Positions 28,799 to 40,900 of a stretch of 64,000 nt of DNA are shown piece by piece. The notes beneath the pieces are model-generated. The model saw only the letters and a list, made by a program, of their open reading frames with translations. It did not search any database and had not been told where the DNA came from. The DNA is taken from assembly GCF_018350175.1 (NCBI RefSeq), contig NC_058382.1, forward strand, positions 42,718,001 through 42,782,000, given 5' to 3'. A program made the position numbers and the translations under genes. Each line of letters begins with the position of its first letter. Position 1 is the stretch's first letter. The stretch comes from Felis catus (lineage: Eukaryota).

Positions 28799-30559
28799 GG
28801 CACTCCCCGGAAGCACTGGAGATGAGGTAGGAGTGGGAGCAAGAGTCTGGGTTAGAGCAGGCAGAGTGGATTCTCTGAGCTGCAGCCTTGGTCTAGGCCC
28901 CTCTGAGAAGGAGGAAGGAGGTTCTTGCCAAGCCCCTAAGAAAATGGGAGGGAGGTGGGTGTGATGGGGAGGCAGCTGAGAAGCTTTTGCCTGCTCAGTT
29001 TCTCAGTTTTGCCCCTGCAGATGCCAAGCAAGGCAGGGAAGGCACAGGCCTCTGCTGGCCCCAGCTCCTGCTCTGAATTGCAGAGGACAGTTTGGTATGG
29101 AACTCACCAGGCTTGACCAGGCATCCAGTTCTTTCTCCTTTGAAAATAGCCTTGGCCTTGAAGATGGCCCTCTCCCCAGTCCTCAGAGCAAAGCTAGGTA
29201 TTCTCTTCACTGTCTCAAGAGGCCTTGGTGGCTCCAGCCCACATCTTGGCACGCAGCAAAATTCCTCTCTCCAAGGAAACCTCTGTCCCACTCTGGGCCC
29301 AGGAGCACCCTCCTCCTTCCAAGGCCCCTCCCTCCCCAAGGCCAAATGCCTGAAAGGAAGGAAGCTGAGTCTGGCCCTTTATTCCCAACAGGAAAGAGCA
29401 TCTGCATTGTGGGATGGTGTAGGGAGGGCTGGGCACCACTTCCTTGGGGGGAGGGGGTGTACTCCCTGTAACCATTGAGTGCTGACCAGCCCAAATAGAA
29501 CTCCTTAGTGCTCAGGACACTGACATGAACTAGAGGGCCCCAAACAGGGGTGGAGAGCAGGGTGTGCAAATACGGGTGCAGACAACATCACAGTAGGGAA
29601 ACTGTGCCAATGTCCCCTCAGAGGAGGGTTGCACCTCTGCAGAGGACTGAGAGGCTACAGGCTATTGTGAGGAAGGTGTATGATGGGTGGTAGTGACAGA
29701 GAGGTAGAAGGGCTATGAAACCTATGTTTGTCTTGAGAGTTAAAGGGGGCCATGGAGAGAACCACAGGGTAGTAATAATATAGTGGAAGCTGGTTACCAC
29801 CCAAATCCATCCTTCAGGACAAAGCCACCTGTTGCCCTAGCTGCCAGGAGTGTAGGTTGCTGAGGTGTCACAGCTGAGTCTCTCTGGTAACCTTGCCTCG
29901 ACAGAGACCACCTTGGAAGAGCCACCCCAGTCTCAGTGCTCCTAGTCAGATAGTCTGAGGCCTCTATATAACTGCATCACAGTTTAATTCCCCCCTCTGC
30001 CCAGTTCTGCATGTCTTACTCTAAACTTCCCTGTAGGCCTGGCTCAAAGTCAGCTTCCCAAAGATCTTGACTTAAAATAAATGAAAATAGATAATGATGA
30101 TATCAAGCATAACAAAATGGTGTCGGCCAACACATAATCCTTCCTACCTGCCAGGAGCTGCTCTAAGTGTTTTACATATATGTATGCATAGGTAAGCATG
30201 TTTGCATTGGCAGAAAAATGGTTATAATTTCAGGGCCTTAGGAGCACTGCAGTGTGGAGACAAGAGAAAGATGAGGCTGGGATCAGGGATGGGGAGTGGG
30301 AACGGAGACAAGTGGGCAAGCTACATGTAGTTACTGCTTGCTGTTTGGCAGGAAGTGAGGGACAAGGAATAGGGTGAGTAAACCTACATACTTGGGCAGC
30401 TTCCAGGAGCAGGTTTGGGGAAACACATTGGGTTCATCAGGCAGTATGGTCTCCTCTCCTGAAATGGGGACAGGGTGGCCACCAGGAAAGTTCCGGTGGC
30501 TCTCCATTCTCTACTGCCAGGGCTGCCCACCGACTTTTTCCACCTCCCTCTGCCTCCTG

Positions 30560-30804
30560 TCCTCTCATCCGGGATCCCGGGGTTGTTTTCGTCCTCTTCG
30601 GCGGCTGGATATTTGTTGATAGTCCCCGAAGTTTTGCTGCCGTGTCCACCGAGAGGAATTGCGCCGGATTCCCTGGGAGGGCGCGGAGCGGAAGCGGAAA
30701 CAGCGACGCTGGCGCCGGCGGCCTGGTGGCCAGGAACGGAAGCGGAAGTGGCGGCGGCGCCGGCCTGGCCTGGCCTGGCTGAAGGGAGGCGGCGGGCGGG
30801 CGCG
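30560..30804 (+). promoter_or_regulatory. E2F4 CpG-island promoter with tandem ETS/GABP sites
   Basis: CGGAAGCGGAAAC (about 30689-30701) and CGGAAGCGGAAGTG (about 30737-30750). Confidence 0.75.
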
Positions 30805-33800
30805 ATGGCGGAGGCCGGGCCGCAAGCGCCGCCTCCCCCGGGCACCCCAAGCCGGCACGAGAAGAGCTTGGGACTTCTCACCACCAAGTTCGTGTCGCTT
30901 CTCCAGGAGGCCAAGGATGGTGTGCTTGACCTCAAGCTGGTGCGGCCTGGGCTAAGGGGCGACCGGGAGGATAGTGGACCAGGCAGGCCTGGACCGGTAG
31001 CGGGAATCCCTGGGACGGCCCAGCTGAGCTCTCAGAGAGCAGGCAGCCATCCGTGCGCTTTCTCACAGGAGGGAGGCTGGGAGCTGTTCCATTCAGTCAG
31101 TCGAGGCCATTGGGTGTCAGCTATGTGCCAGGCTCAGGGCTGCAAGTGCTAGTCCTCGTGGCCCTCCTCGGCTGATGGGAGAAGAGCATCAGAACATCAG
31201 GTCAGGCTGCACCAGGCCTTTTCCTGCCCCGCGGTCTTGAGCCGGTTTAGTGCCTGGAAAGAGGGTTGGGACTCAGGCCACCCTTTTTTCAGATCCTTTC
31301 CAGTCCAAGTCTCAAAGTAGCTGGGGATACACCTGAGAGCAGGAATAAGTATCCTTCACTCTTTTCTGTCTGCCAGGCAGCTGACACCCTTGCCGTGCGC
31401 CAGAAGCGGCGGATTTACGACATTACTAACGTGCTGGAAGGTATCGGGCTGATCGAGAAAAAATCCAAGAATAGCATCCAGTGGAAGTGAGTGGGGGTAT
31501 CTGGGAGGGCAGTGGCATCTCCTACCCAGAAGTGTCAGGGGTGTGGGGAGAAGGATGCAGGAGAGAGCATGGGCCATGGGACCCAGAGTTCCTGGTGGCT
31601 CCTCTCAGCCCTACTCCCTGGGCTCAGGGGCGTGGGGCCTGGCTGCAATACCCGGGAGATTGCGGACAAGCTGATTGAGCTCAAGGCTGAGATCGAGGAG
31701 CTGCAACAGCGGGAGCAAGAATTGGACAAGCACAAGGTGTGGGTGCAGCAGAGCATCCGGAACGTCACAGAGGACGTGCAGAACAGCTGATATCCTCCTG
31801 GCGGTCCCTGCTCCCAGGGAGTGGGTGAGGGGCCCTTTAGTCCAGCTGGGTTTGTTCTGTGGTGCCCAAGGCACTATCCACCTTGGGAGGAGGATCCTGC
31901 AGTTCCTCACCAGGTCCCTGCTTCAGCCTCCCTCCTCAAAGCCCCTCCCCAACCAGTCTTGTCCTGTGATCCTTCCCCATGTAGACCGGAGGACTTTCTC
32001 TTGAGAGCTTGTATGTCAGATCTCTGCTAAAGAGCTGGGTTTTCTCTGTGGTCTGCCATTTATCACCATAGGCAGGGCATCAGCCGTTCTCCTTAACCCC
32101 CACACCTTGGCCTACGTGACTCATGAGGACATCTGCAGATGCTTTGCTGGTGAGCAGAGCCTGGGTAGGGGGAATTGGGGGTGGGGCTGGGCTGAACCAC
32201 AGCCCTGAGCAGTGGGTTCAGTGCCAAAGGAGAGTTTTGTCTCTTAAGAGGGTTCCTTGGGCCTGCCCAGAGAGGAATCAGGCAGGGTAAGTCCTGGGTT
32301 TGAGGGTCACTGGGACCCCATGGAGGCCAACTGTATTGAAAGTGTACATGAATTCTGGGCTGAGTCCCTGGGTCAGTCCCCCTCTCCACTGTTCCCTGGG
32401 TTTGTCTTCTCAGGCATGACAGAAACATAAGGGGGAGAGAGAATGTGTATGCTCTTGCATTCTTGTATCCAGGGGACAGTGGTGTTCACTTTCAGCCTGT
32501 AGTTAGTTGCATTATGGGTACAGGAACTGTTCCTTCTCCATTTTGCATTCCCCAGACTGATTTGGGGAAGGAACATTGGCCTTGGCCAGAACTTCTAGGA
32601 AACAGTCCCATCAATCAGGGAGTGAGATGCCCATGGCCAGCAATCCTTTGGTCCACATGTTTGAACCCAGATTTTGTGGTTACTGACCCTTGGGCTCTTG
32701 GGAGGAGAAAAGCTTTAGTTCTCTGCCCCAGCCACTGTGGGGGTTGGGTGAAGCCTACTGTCCCTAAGAGACCATGATTTCCTTTCTTGATCCAAGGGAT
32801 AGCCACCCCCATTCTCAGATTAGATTGAGCCCACGGGCCCTGACCTATTCTCTTTGTCATTCTAGGAGATACTCTACTGGCCATCCGGGCCCCATCGGGC
32901 ACCAGCCTCGAGGTGCCCATCCCAGAGGTGGGTGCTCAGCCTGGGCAGGCGGGGTTGATTGAGGGTGGGTGCTGGCTGTGGAGCTTGATAAGTGCCGGGT
33001 GGGGCAAGTAGGGGGAAGCCTGGGTTTTAGGGTTATCTAGAAGAACGGGCAGCCTAGGGTGGAAGAGGACACTGGCCCTGGCCCAGGGTCAGGCAGGAGC
33101 CAAGTGTGCTTCTAATTCTACCTGTCCCCCATCCCCCACCTCCAGGGCCTCAATGGGCAGAAGAAGTACCAGATTCACTTGAAGAGTGTAAGCGGCCCCA
33201 TTGAGGTGCTGCTGGTGAACAAGGAGGCATGGAGCTCACCGCCTGTGGCAGTGCCTGTGCCGCCACCTGAAGATCTGCTCCAGAGCCCACCTGCGGTCCC
33301 TACCCCTCCACCTCTGCCCAAGCCTACCCTGGCCCAGCCCCAGGATACCTCACGCCCAAGCAGTCCCCATGTGACCACCCCCACCCCTGTTCCTGGCATC
33401 ATCGAAACCCAGGGGGTGCCTGGTCCAGCAACTGAGATCACAGGTGAGGTGTAACGGGCAGCTGGTGATGGGATGATTTTGGGGGCCCAAATGGCAACAT
33501 CTCTGTTGTGAAATGTGTACTCAGAGTTGGAAAAGACTTCGTGGGGGTTGTCCTTTTCCTGGTCTCTAGTTGGCCTCACTTTGCTATGGTTATGAGTCCT
33601 TTGTAATAGGGAAGCTCTGACTGTGAAAGGGTATATCAGTGGTGACAATTTTCCCCTAGATCCGTCTACGTCTCACTTTCCCTGGTCACCCCTCTTAAAG
33701 AGTAGTCACAGCAGCCATGTCTTCTGGGAGTCTTCCTCTTGGAGGTCTCAAGCTCCTGTCTCTTTTCGTGGCTCATTTCTAAGTTACCTCTTCAGGAACC

Positions 33801-36694
33801 TTGACAGTTCCTATCTCTCCTTGGGCTATCGTCATCCTGACTGGGTTCTAGCACAAAGCTTCAGTGTCTCACTTCCTGCTCCCAAGTGACTGGGTTCTGG
33901 GGATCTGATTGCAGTGAGTGGTGGCCCTGGAACCAATAGCAAGGACAGTGGTGAGCTTAGCTCCCTCCCACTGGGCCTGACAGCACTGGACACCCGGCCG
34001 CTACAGTCCTCTGCCCTGCTGGACAGTAGCAGCAGCAGCAGCAGCAGCAATAGCAGCTCATCTGGACCCAACCCTTCTACCTCCTTTGAGCCCATCAAGG
34101 CAGACCCCACAGGAGGTAAGTGCTTGTCTCCTGAGGAGTAGGGGGAACCCAGCCTCAGCCAGTCCTAGGTCAGAAACAGTACGGGGACTGGAACCAGCTC
34201 ATCTGTCTCCTCAGCCAGAGCTGGCCAGCCCAAGGGTCAGCCCTGGCATCAACTCTTGCCTTGACACCAGAGCTCTGCCAGGTTGGGTGAGGAGCCTGGC
34301 CTTCAGCTTGGCAATGGTGCCCCTTTGCTCCCCTTCCTGGGTTACATGGAACTCCTGGATCCCTCTCAAGCCCTGCCTGTCACCCCTTGCACTCAGGTGT
34401 CACGAAGGCATTACTGCTGTCCTGGAGAAGGGGCTGTGGTAAGGCCCTCAGTCTCCAAAGGTGGGCAGTGCCTTCCCAGGGGAGGTGATGTCATCTGCCT
34501 GGAGTCTTCTCTCCATCTTTTGATGTGAGTGTTTGCTTCCTCCAGGACTTTGTCTTCTTGGCCCACAAACACTGCTAAGTTTCTTCTCGCTAAATGACAC
34601 TTTATCCTTTGTGTTTCCTCTGTCCCCTTCACTGTCTCCTCTCTGGATTCCTTGAACAAGTGATCTCTATTCCATTCTGTATCTTGGTCCCCTAGTCCCC
34701 CTTCAGGTTGCAGCAGTCAAGATCCCTGTATGCCAACCCCACGGTATGCCTGTGCTACTTCTGAGAAATTTCCTAGCCTTGACTACTGGCTCCAGCAGGT
34801 TTCTGGGCTAATTTATTCAGGTGCTTCTTTACTCCATGTTGATGCTTTTTATGTCTTTTGGCATTTATGATGCCATTTCTGGCTCTTATCTCTTGCTGGC
34901 TTCTTCTGACCTCTCCCTGGCACTCCTATAAACCTTGGTGCTTCCCAGATCTCTGTCCTATTCTACAGCTGTGGAGGGTACCTATTCAGGGTAGATGAGT
35001 CCCCAACTTTCAGCTTGCCTAGTTATTTTGCCTGAACTCCACACCTGTGCCCATGTGCCTTCCTGTGCACATCCAATGGGCATTTCGTTTCTGTGTCTTC
35101 AACTGAAACTTGCTTTTGCTTTTTTGCTTTTTCTGTTTTTTTTTTTTTTGATATTTATTTTTGAGAGACAGAAAGACAGAGCACAAGTGGGGGAGGGGCA
35201 GAGAGAGAGGGAGACACAGAATCCAAAGCAGGCTCCAGGCTCCAACCTGTCAGCCCAGAGCCCAATGCGGGGCTCGAACTCACAGACTGCGAGATCACGA
35301 CCAGAGCCGAAGTCAGACACTTAACTGACTCAGCCATCCAGGCTCCCCGAAACTTGCTTTTTCTACTTCTGTATCTACCCTACCATTGACCCTGGTCCCC
35401 CAGGCCTGACACCTGCATGCCACTCCTTTTCTATCTCCTTCTGCTCCCCATCTTGCATTAGCTGAGTTTTGTTCCAGACATCTCCCATCACTGGCTTCTA
35501 TTTATCCTCAACACTCAGGGTCACTACTGGCTATCTCTATTCTAAACTCTTCAGCATCCTCCTTTTACTGTGACATTTCTGTCTTTACAGAGTACTTCTA
35601 ATGGCTTCTTAAGCCCTGCTGGATAAAACCAGAATCCCTACACCTAGCATATGAAATCCTCATGAACCAGCCCCAGCACTCCTCTCTGGTGTCATTTTCC
35701 TCTGCTTCCCACGTGCATCCTCCCAGTCAGACCTTTGTAGCAGATTTGTCACCCTGTAGCACCAGCCCCCCATAAGTGTCTGCTTCCTGCCCTGCCCAGT
35801 GACCTGGTCCCCAGGGTGTGATCTCTGAGCCTGGCATTGAGCAGGTGCTCAGCAAGGGCAGGGGTGAATGGGGCATCTTCCATCAGACAGGGCATACCTG
35901 CTGAACCCATAAAGGGAGGAAGTCTGCTGCCCTTCTGCAGCATTTCTGAGTTAGGAGGGCTATACCAGTTACCCACAATGGGCCTTTATTACCCTGAGCC
36001 CAGCATTGAGGAATTCACGTCTAGGAGGGGAGACTGACAATGCCAGCTTTGCCTGGGGCAGGGCCTCCATCTCCTCAGTTGTGTGGAGCCCCAAGATGGG
36101 TGATAGAAGATCTGAGGATGAAGGTTAGGGTGGGACCAGAATGGATCTCTGTGCTCTTGAGCATGGCTTTCTTGTCTTTCAGTTCTGGAACTCCCCAAAG
36201 AACTGTCAGAAATCTTCGATCCCACACGAGGTAGGGCTGCATTCTTCCATGGGGTAAAGGGTAGCTCATTCAGTCTTACGGCTGTTTGCTTGCGCTTCTG
36301 AGGATCTATGATTGTGCTTGGTCCCTGGGCAAAGCGTAAAGTTCCTAAGGAATGGCTAGGGGGGTCCCCTTCATGGGCTTTGGTGGGTAGAGAGGCAGGA
36401 GCCAGAATGTAACTGAACTCTCCCTTTCTCCCCAGAATGCATGAGCTCAGAGCTGCTGGAGGAGCTGATGTCTTCAGAAGGTGGGTGGCCCAGGAAAGTG
36501 GGGAGCAGCGGTTGGCAGGGGGTGGGTAGCTGCTGGGAGGGGCCTTGGCCCAGAGTCTCAGCCTGATGCTCTCTGCAGTGTTTGCCCCTCTCCTCCGCCT
36601 TTCTCCACCCCCTGGAGACCACGATTACATCTACAACCTGGACGAGAGTGAAGGTGTCTGTGACCTCTTCGACGTGCCTGTTCTGAATCTCTGA
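30805..36694 (+). CDS. E2F4: Transcription factor E2F4, 406 aa
   Basis: Exons 30805-30939, 31377-31486, 31628-31789, 32106-32149, 32866-32927, 33146-33443, 33915-34115, 36183-36230, 36436-36480, 36579-36694 (1221 nt). [16 protein letters not shown] motif, poly-Ser tract, pocket-protein binding tail [29 protein letters not shown] at 37512-37517. Confidence 0.97.
31790..32105 (+). other. U12-type AT-AC intron (E2F4 intron 3)
   Basis: 5' ATATCCTCC; branch site TCCTTAAC at 32090-32097; 3' end CAC|. Splicing restores [10 protein letters not shown]. Confidence 0.93.
34028..34048 (+). repeat. coding (AGC)7 poly-serine repeat of E2F4
   Basis: Encodes part of [15 protein letters not shown]. Confidence 0.95.
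35118..35348 (-). mobile_element. feliform Can-SINE (SINEC_Fc type) with a 13-bp TSD, inserted into an older L2
   Basis: Poly-T, (GA)n region, ATCCAAAGCAGGCTCCAGGCTC...CTTAACTGACTCAGCCATCCAGGCTCCCC. TSD GAAACTTGCTTTT at 35105-35117 and 35349-35361. Confidence 0.92.
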
Positions 36695-37921
36695 CTGACA
36701 GAGACATGCTCTGTGTGGCTGGGACACAGACTGTGTGACCTGGGGGCTGCCTGAGGACGTCCCCCATTCTACCCCTACACAGCTTGAGAGCCACAGACTC
36801 CTGGCTTCCCCAGCTTTCCCTCACTGCAGTTCTGAACACAACTCCCACTCCTGCACGAGCACCTGTACCGTGCTAGGAAAGTAGGGGAAAGGGGCTCAGC
36901 CCCCTTCACCGTGGAGCCAACGTTTGCCTCTTCTTTTCTGGGGCTTTCCTCCACTTCATGCCCTCTCAGAGCCCAGGCTCAGCTACCACTCAGTGGCACA
37001 GAACCGAAGACCTGCCATCACCCCAATAGGGCAGCTTGTCCAACCCTACTGCCCTGTTCCAGCCAACCCCCACTCCCCCACACTCTGAGGTGGGGAGCCT
37101 AGGGTGGAGCCTGATGCTCTCTGGCACCACCCCAGCCTCCTTCACTTTTCCCCACCCCCTGAACCTGCAGCTCCCCTTGGACCTCTGTGTGTATCCCCCA
37201 TCTGCCTGGCCCTTAGCCCTGAGAACCTATAGGTAGGGTTGGGGTGGGGGGAGTGCTAACAGGAAAGAACAGAGAGGTCTTTAGCTAGAAATCTGGGCAA
37301 GTGAGTCCCTAAGGATTGGTCCAATCTCCTGCTGCCCTGTAGGTCTCCCTCTCCTCTGCCTGCCCCACCCTTGTTTATTCATTTATCCTCATTTAGAGCC
37401 ATTTCCAGAGATTTAGAAAGATTTGCAGTAACGAATGGATTCCTATATAAAGATTATTTTTATACTTTTTGCAGCAAAAGGAAATTGTAATATTTGTACA
37501 GTGTGCGAGTGAATAAAGACCGTGCCTAAGGCTGTATCTGATCTGGTTCTTTCTGGGCCCCTCCCTGGAATTCTGCTGGATAGGTGGTGGGACCGGGTGG
37601 GTCACCTTGCCGGAAAGGGAGGTGTGGCTGCTCTGGCAACCCATCCTCCCCGCCCCCACCTGCCGCACCTTGGGGCGGGGCGGGGCCGCCTCTTGGGGCG
37701 GGGCAGGCGCCTACCCCCGGGACTCCAACCCGGAACTAGTCTGGTTCCCTTGGGAAGGCCGCGGCGCTTGGCCTGGAGCGAGCCTGACCATTGAGTGCGG
37801 GCCACGGGGTCCAGGCCTTGGACAGGGAGACGCCCTCGTTCTCGGAGGCACCAGACCAGGCACGCCCTCGGCCGGAGGTTGGACAGTCTGGAAACTGCAG
37901 GCGTCCCCGCCCAGCTGGACC

Positions 37922-40900
37922 ATGGCGCCCCCGAGGAACGTGGTGAAGATCGCGGTCCAGATGCGTGACGCCATCCCGCAACTCATCCGGCTGGACCAGG
38001 TCACTAGGCCTGTCTGGCCTCCATTCACCCCACCACTCACCTCTGGGCCGCCCCCCTTCCCCTCGGAACTCCCAGGTTCCTTCCCAACTCCTCCCCACAC
38101 CTGCCCCAAAAGTGACCTCTTCACTTGCAGGCAAAACCTCTGGCTGCTGTGCTGAAGGAGGTGTGCGACGCGTAAGTGCAGGCTAGCCAGGCGGGGGAGG
38201 GGATTGGGAGATGGGAGGGCAGAAGGGAGGGGCGCCCCCTACCTGCCTCACTGAGTCTCTGCTGCCCGCAGGTGGAGCTTGGTTCACTCTGAACGCTATG
38301 CCCTGCAGTTTGCTGATGGACATAGGAAATACATCACTGAGAACGTGAGTCTTCCACTCCCCGCCAGGCCCATATTCCACTGTGCGACATCCCCACCCCC
38401 TGCAAGCACACCTGGTCTTGATTACTCAGACTCATCCCACTGTCTGGAATGTGATCTTTTCCTGACTCCCAAACCCTCCCTCACCGAGAACCCCAATTGA
38501 CCAGTCCTCAGAGCCCTTTTTGACTTCTCTCCCTTTCTTTCCATCTTCTCCAGAACCGTACAGAGATCAAGAATGGCAGCATCCTGTGCCTCAGCACTGC
38601 CCCAGTAATGCCCTTACTGATCCCACCCTCTTTTCCTGCTCTTCTATGCCTCCTTCCTGCCCACCTTCCTCTCTGCCCCAGATCTGGAGGCCGGGACTCC
38701 AACTCCGCAGTGCCCCACCTAGTGGACATCTGAGTCCCCACACCTCAGTTCTTCTACCCAACCTCCTCACCTCTCCCACCCCTGCCAGGACCTTGAGGCT
38801 GAGCGACTGTTGGGTGGGCTGCAGTGTGGGAGCCGTGAAAGGCGCCGGGAAACTCTGCAGCACCTCGTCTTGCTGGCCCCAGACATGACCTTTGCCCAGG
38901 AGGTCATCAGCCGTGATGGGCTTCAGAGACTAGGCACCATCATTGAGGATGGAGATGAGTGAGCACAGGACTGTGGTGGGTGGTGGACATGGTGGGGCTG
39001 GGGGTCCTGGTCTGGTCCTGCTCAGCCCCATATGTCCCCCCAGCTTAGGGGAATTGCTGGCCCTTGCACTGAGGGCCTTCTTGGAGCTCATGGAACATGG
39101 CATGGTGTCTTGGGAGACGCTCAGCATCCCTTTTGTTAGGAAGGTGGGTTGCCTCTTCTAGGGGCAGCAGGGGTGGGGTCAGGATCTGGCCTTCCATGGT
39201 GGTGAAATGCTAACAATCTCCTTCCCCTGTTACAGGTGGTATGCTATGTGAACATGAACTTGATGGATGCATCTGTGCAGCCCCTGGCTCTCAGGCTGTT
39301 GGAGAGTGTGACTTTGAGCAGCCCTGCCCTGGGCCAGCTGGTCAAAAGTGAGGTGCCACTGGATAGGCTGCTGGTACACCTACAGGTGTAAGTGTCTGGG
39401 GGTGGGGATGGAATACAGATGAGGGGTGTGGACCGAGACCCTGGATAGCCAGCTGAGCCCTCCTTTTCTTGCCCCAGGATGAACCAGCAGCTACAAACCA
39501 AGGCTATGGCCTTGCTGACAGCCTTGTTGCAGGGGGCCAGCTCTACTGAACGCAAGGTGAGTGTCCCATCTGGTGGCTGGCTGTGGGGGCAGGAGCTGGT
39601 GGGTACTGTGCTCTATCCTGGGACTGCAGGGTGGGTGCTCCTGGTGGGGCTAAATCATCTAAGTCCCTTTCCTACCCAACTCAGCACATGTTTGACTACC
39701 TGTGGCAGAGAAACCTTCGCCAGTTCATCTATAAGGTAGGAAGGACTGGGCTAGGCAGACCCCTCCCCACTTTCCCTCTCCCAGTAAGCCGACACTCACA
39801 CCCGTGGGCTGGCTGTTCTGCAGAACATCATCCACAGTGCAGCACCGCTGGGCGATGAGATGGCTCATCATTTGTACGTACTGCAGGCCCTTATGTTGGG
39901 GCTGCTGGAGCCACGTATGCGGACACCACTGGACCCCTACAGCCAGGTGGGTGCTTTTGGAGTGCACAAGGCTGGGGCCAGCTAGAGAATGGCCTTGAAT
40001 CTATCATCCTGATACTCCCTTACTCCACAACAATGACCCCAGGAACAGCGGGAGCAGCTGCAGGCCCTGCGCCAGGCTGCCTTTGATCCTGAAGGGGAGT
40101 CTTTGGGCACCGGGCTGAGTGCTGACCGTCGCCGTTCCCTCTGTGCCCGCGAGTTTCGAAAACTGGGCTTCTCCGTGAGCAACCCCTCCCTAGCTCCCCA
40201 CCCCTGCCTCAACCCAGGGCTGCTTTGTTCCAGAGGCCTGGAGTCCTTACTGAGCTACCTGTCCCTCTTTCCCCAGAACAGCAACCCTGCACAGGATCTA
40301 GAGCGAGTGCCCCCCGGCCTGTTGGCCCTGGACAACATGCTTTACTTCTCCAGACATGCACCTAGTGCTTACAGCCGGGTCAGTGATATGGTGGAAGGGA
40401 TACAGTAGGATGCCACCTAAGCAGAGTCTGTATTGCCTTAGCTGCGACTTCTATCCCATTCTCTGTTTCCACTACCCCAGTTTGTGTTGGAGAACAGCAG
40501 CCGTGAGGACAAGCATGAGTGCCCCTTTGCCCGGAGCAGCATCCAGCTGACTGTGCTGCTGTGTGAGCTGCTCCGCATTGGGGAGCCCTGTGAGTGGACT
40601 GGGCACAGCGTGTCCAGGAACGGGGGACGGAAGGGCAGAGAGGGCCAGGGGCTGCACACACTTTCTCCCTGAGCCCCTCCTGCCCCCCTGCTCCAGGCTC
40701 CGAAACAGCCCAGGATTTTTCACCCATGTTCTTCAGCCAAGACCAGAGTTTCCATGAGCTCTTCTGTGTGAGCATCCAGCTGCTTAATAAGACCTGGAAG
40801 GAGATGCGGGCCACCCAGGAGGACTTTGACAAGGTGGGTGGGGTGGAAGCTAGGAGACCTGAGCCAGGGCAGGGGCTCTTCTGAGTAGGGGTCCAGAGCA

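Noticed and set aside
37607-37921. 105-codon in-frame extension upstream of the ELMO3 ATG
   Set aside because: It starts at TTG, has no in-frame ATG, and extends into the presumed promoter. There is no evidence it is transcribed.
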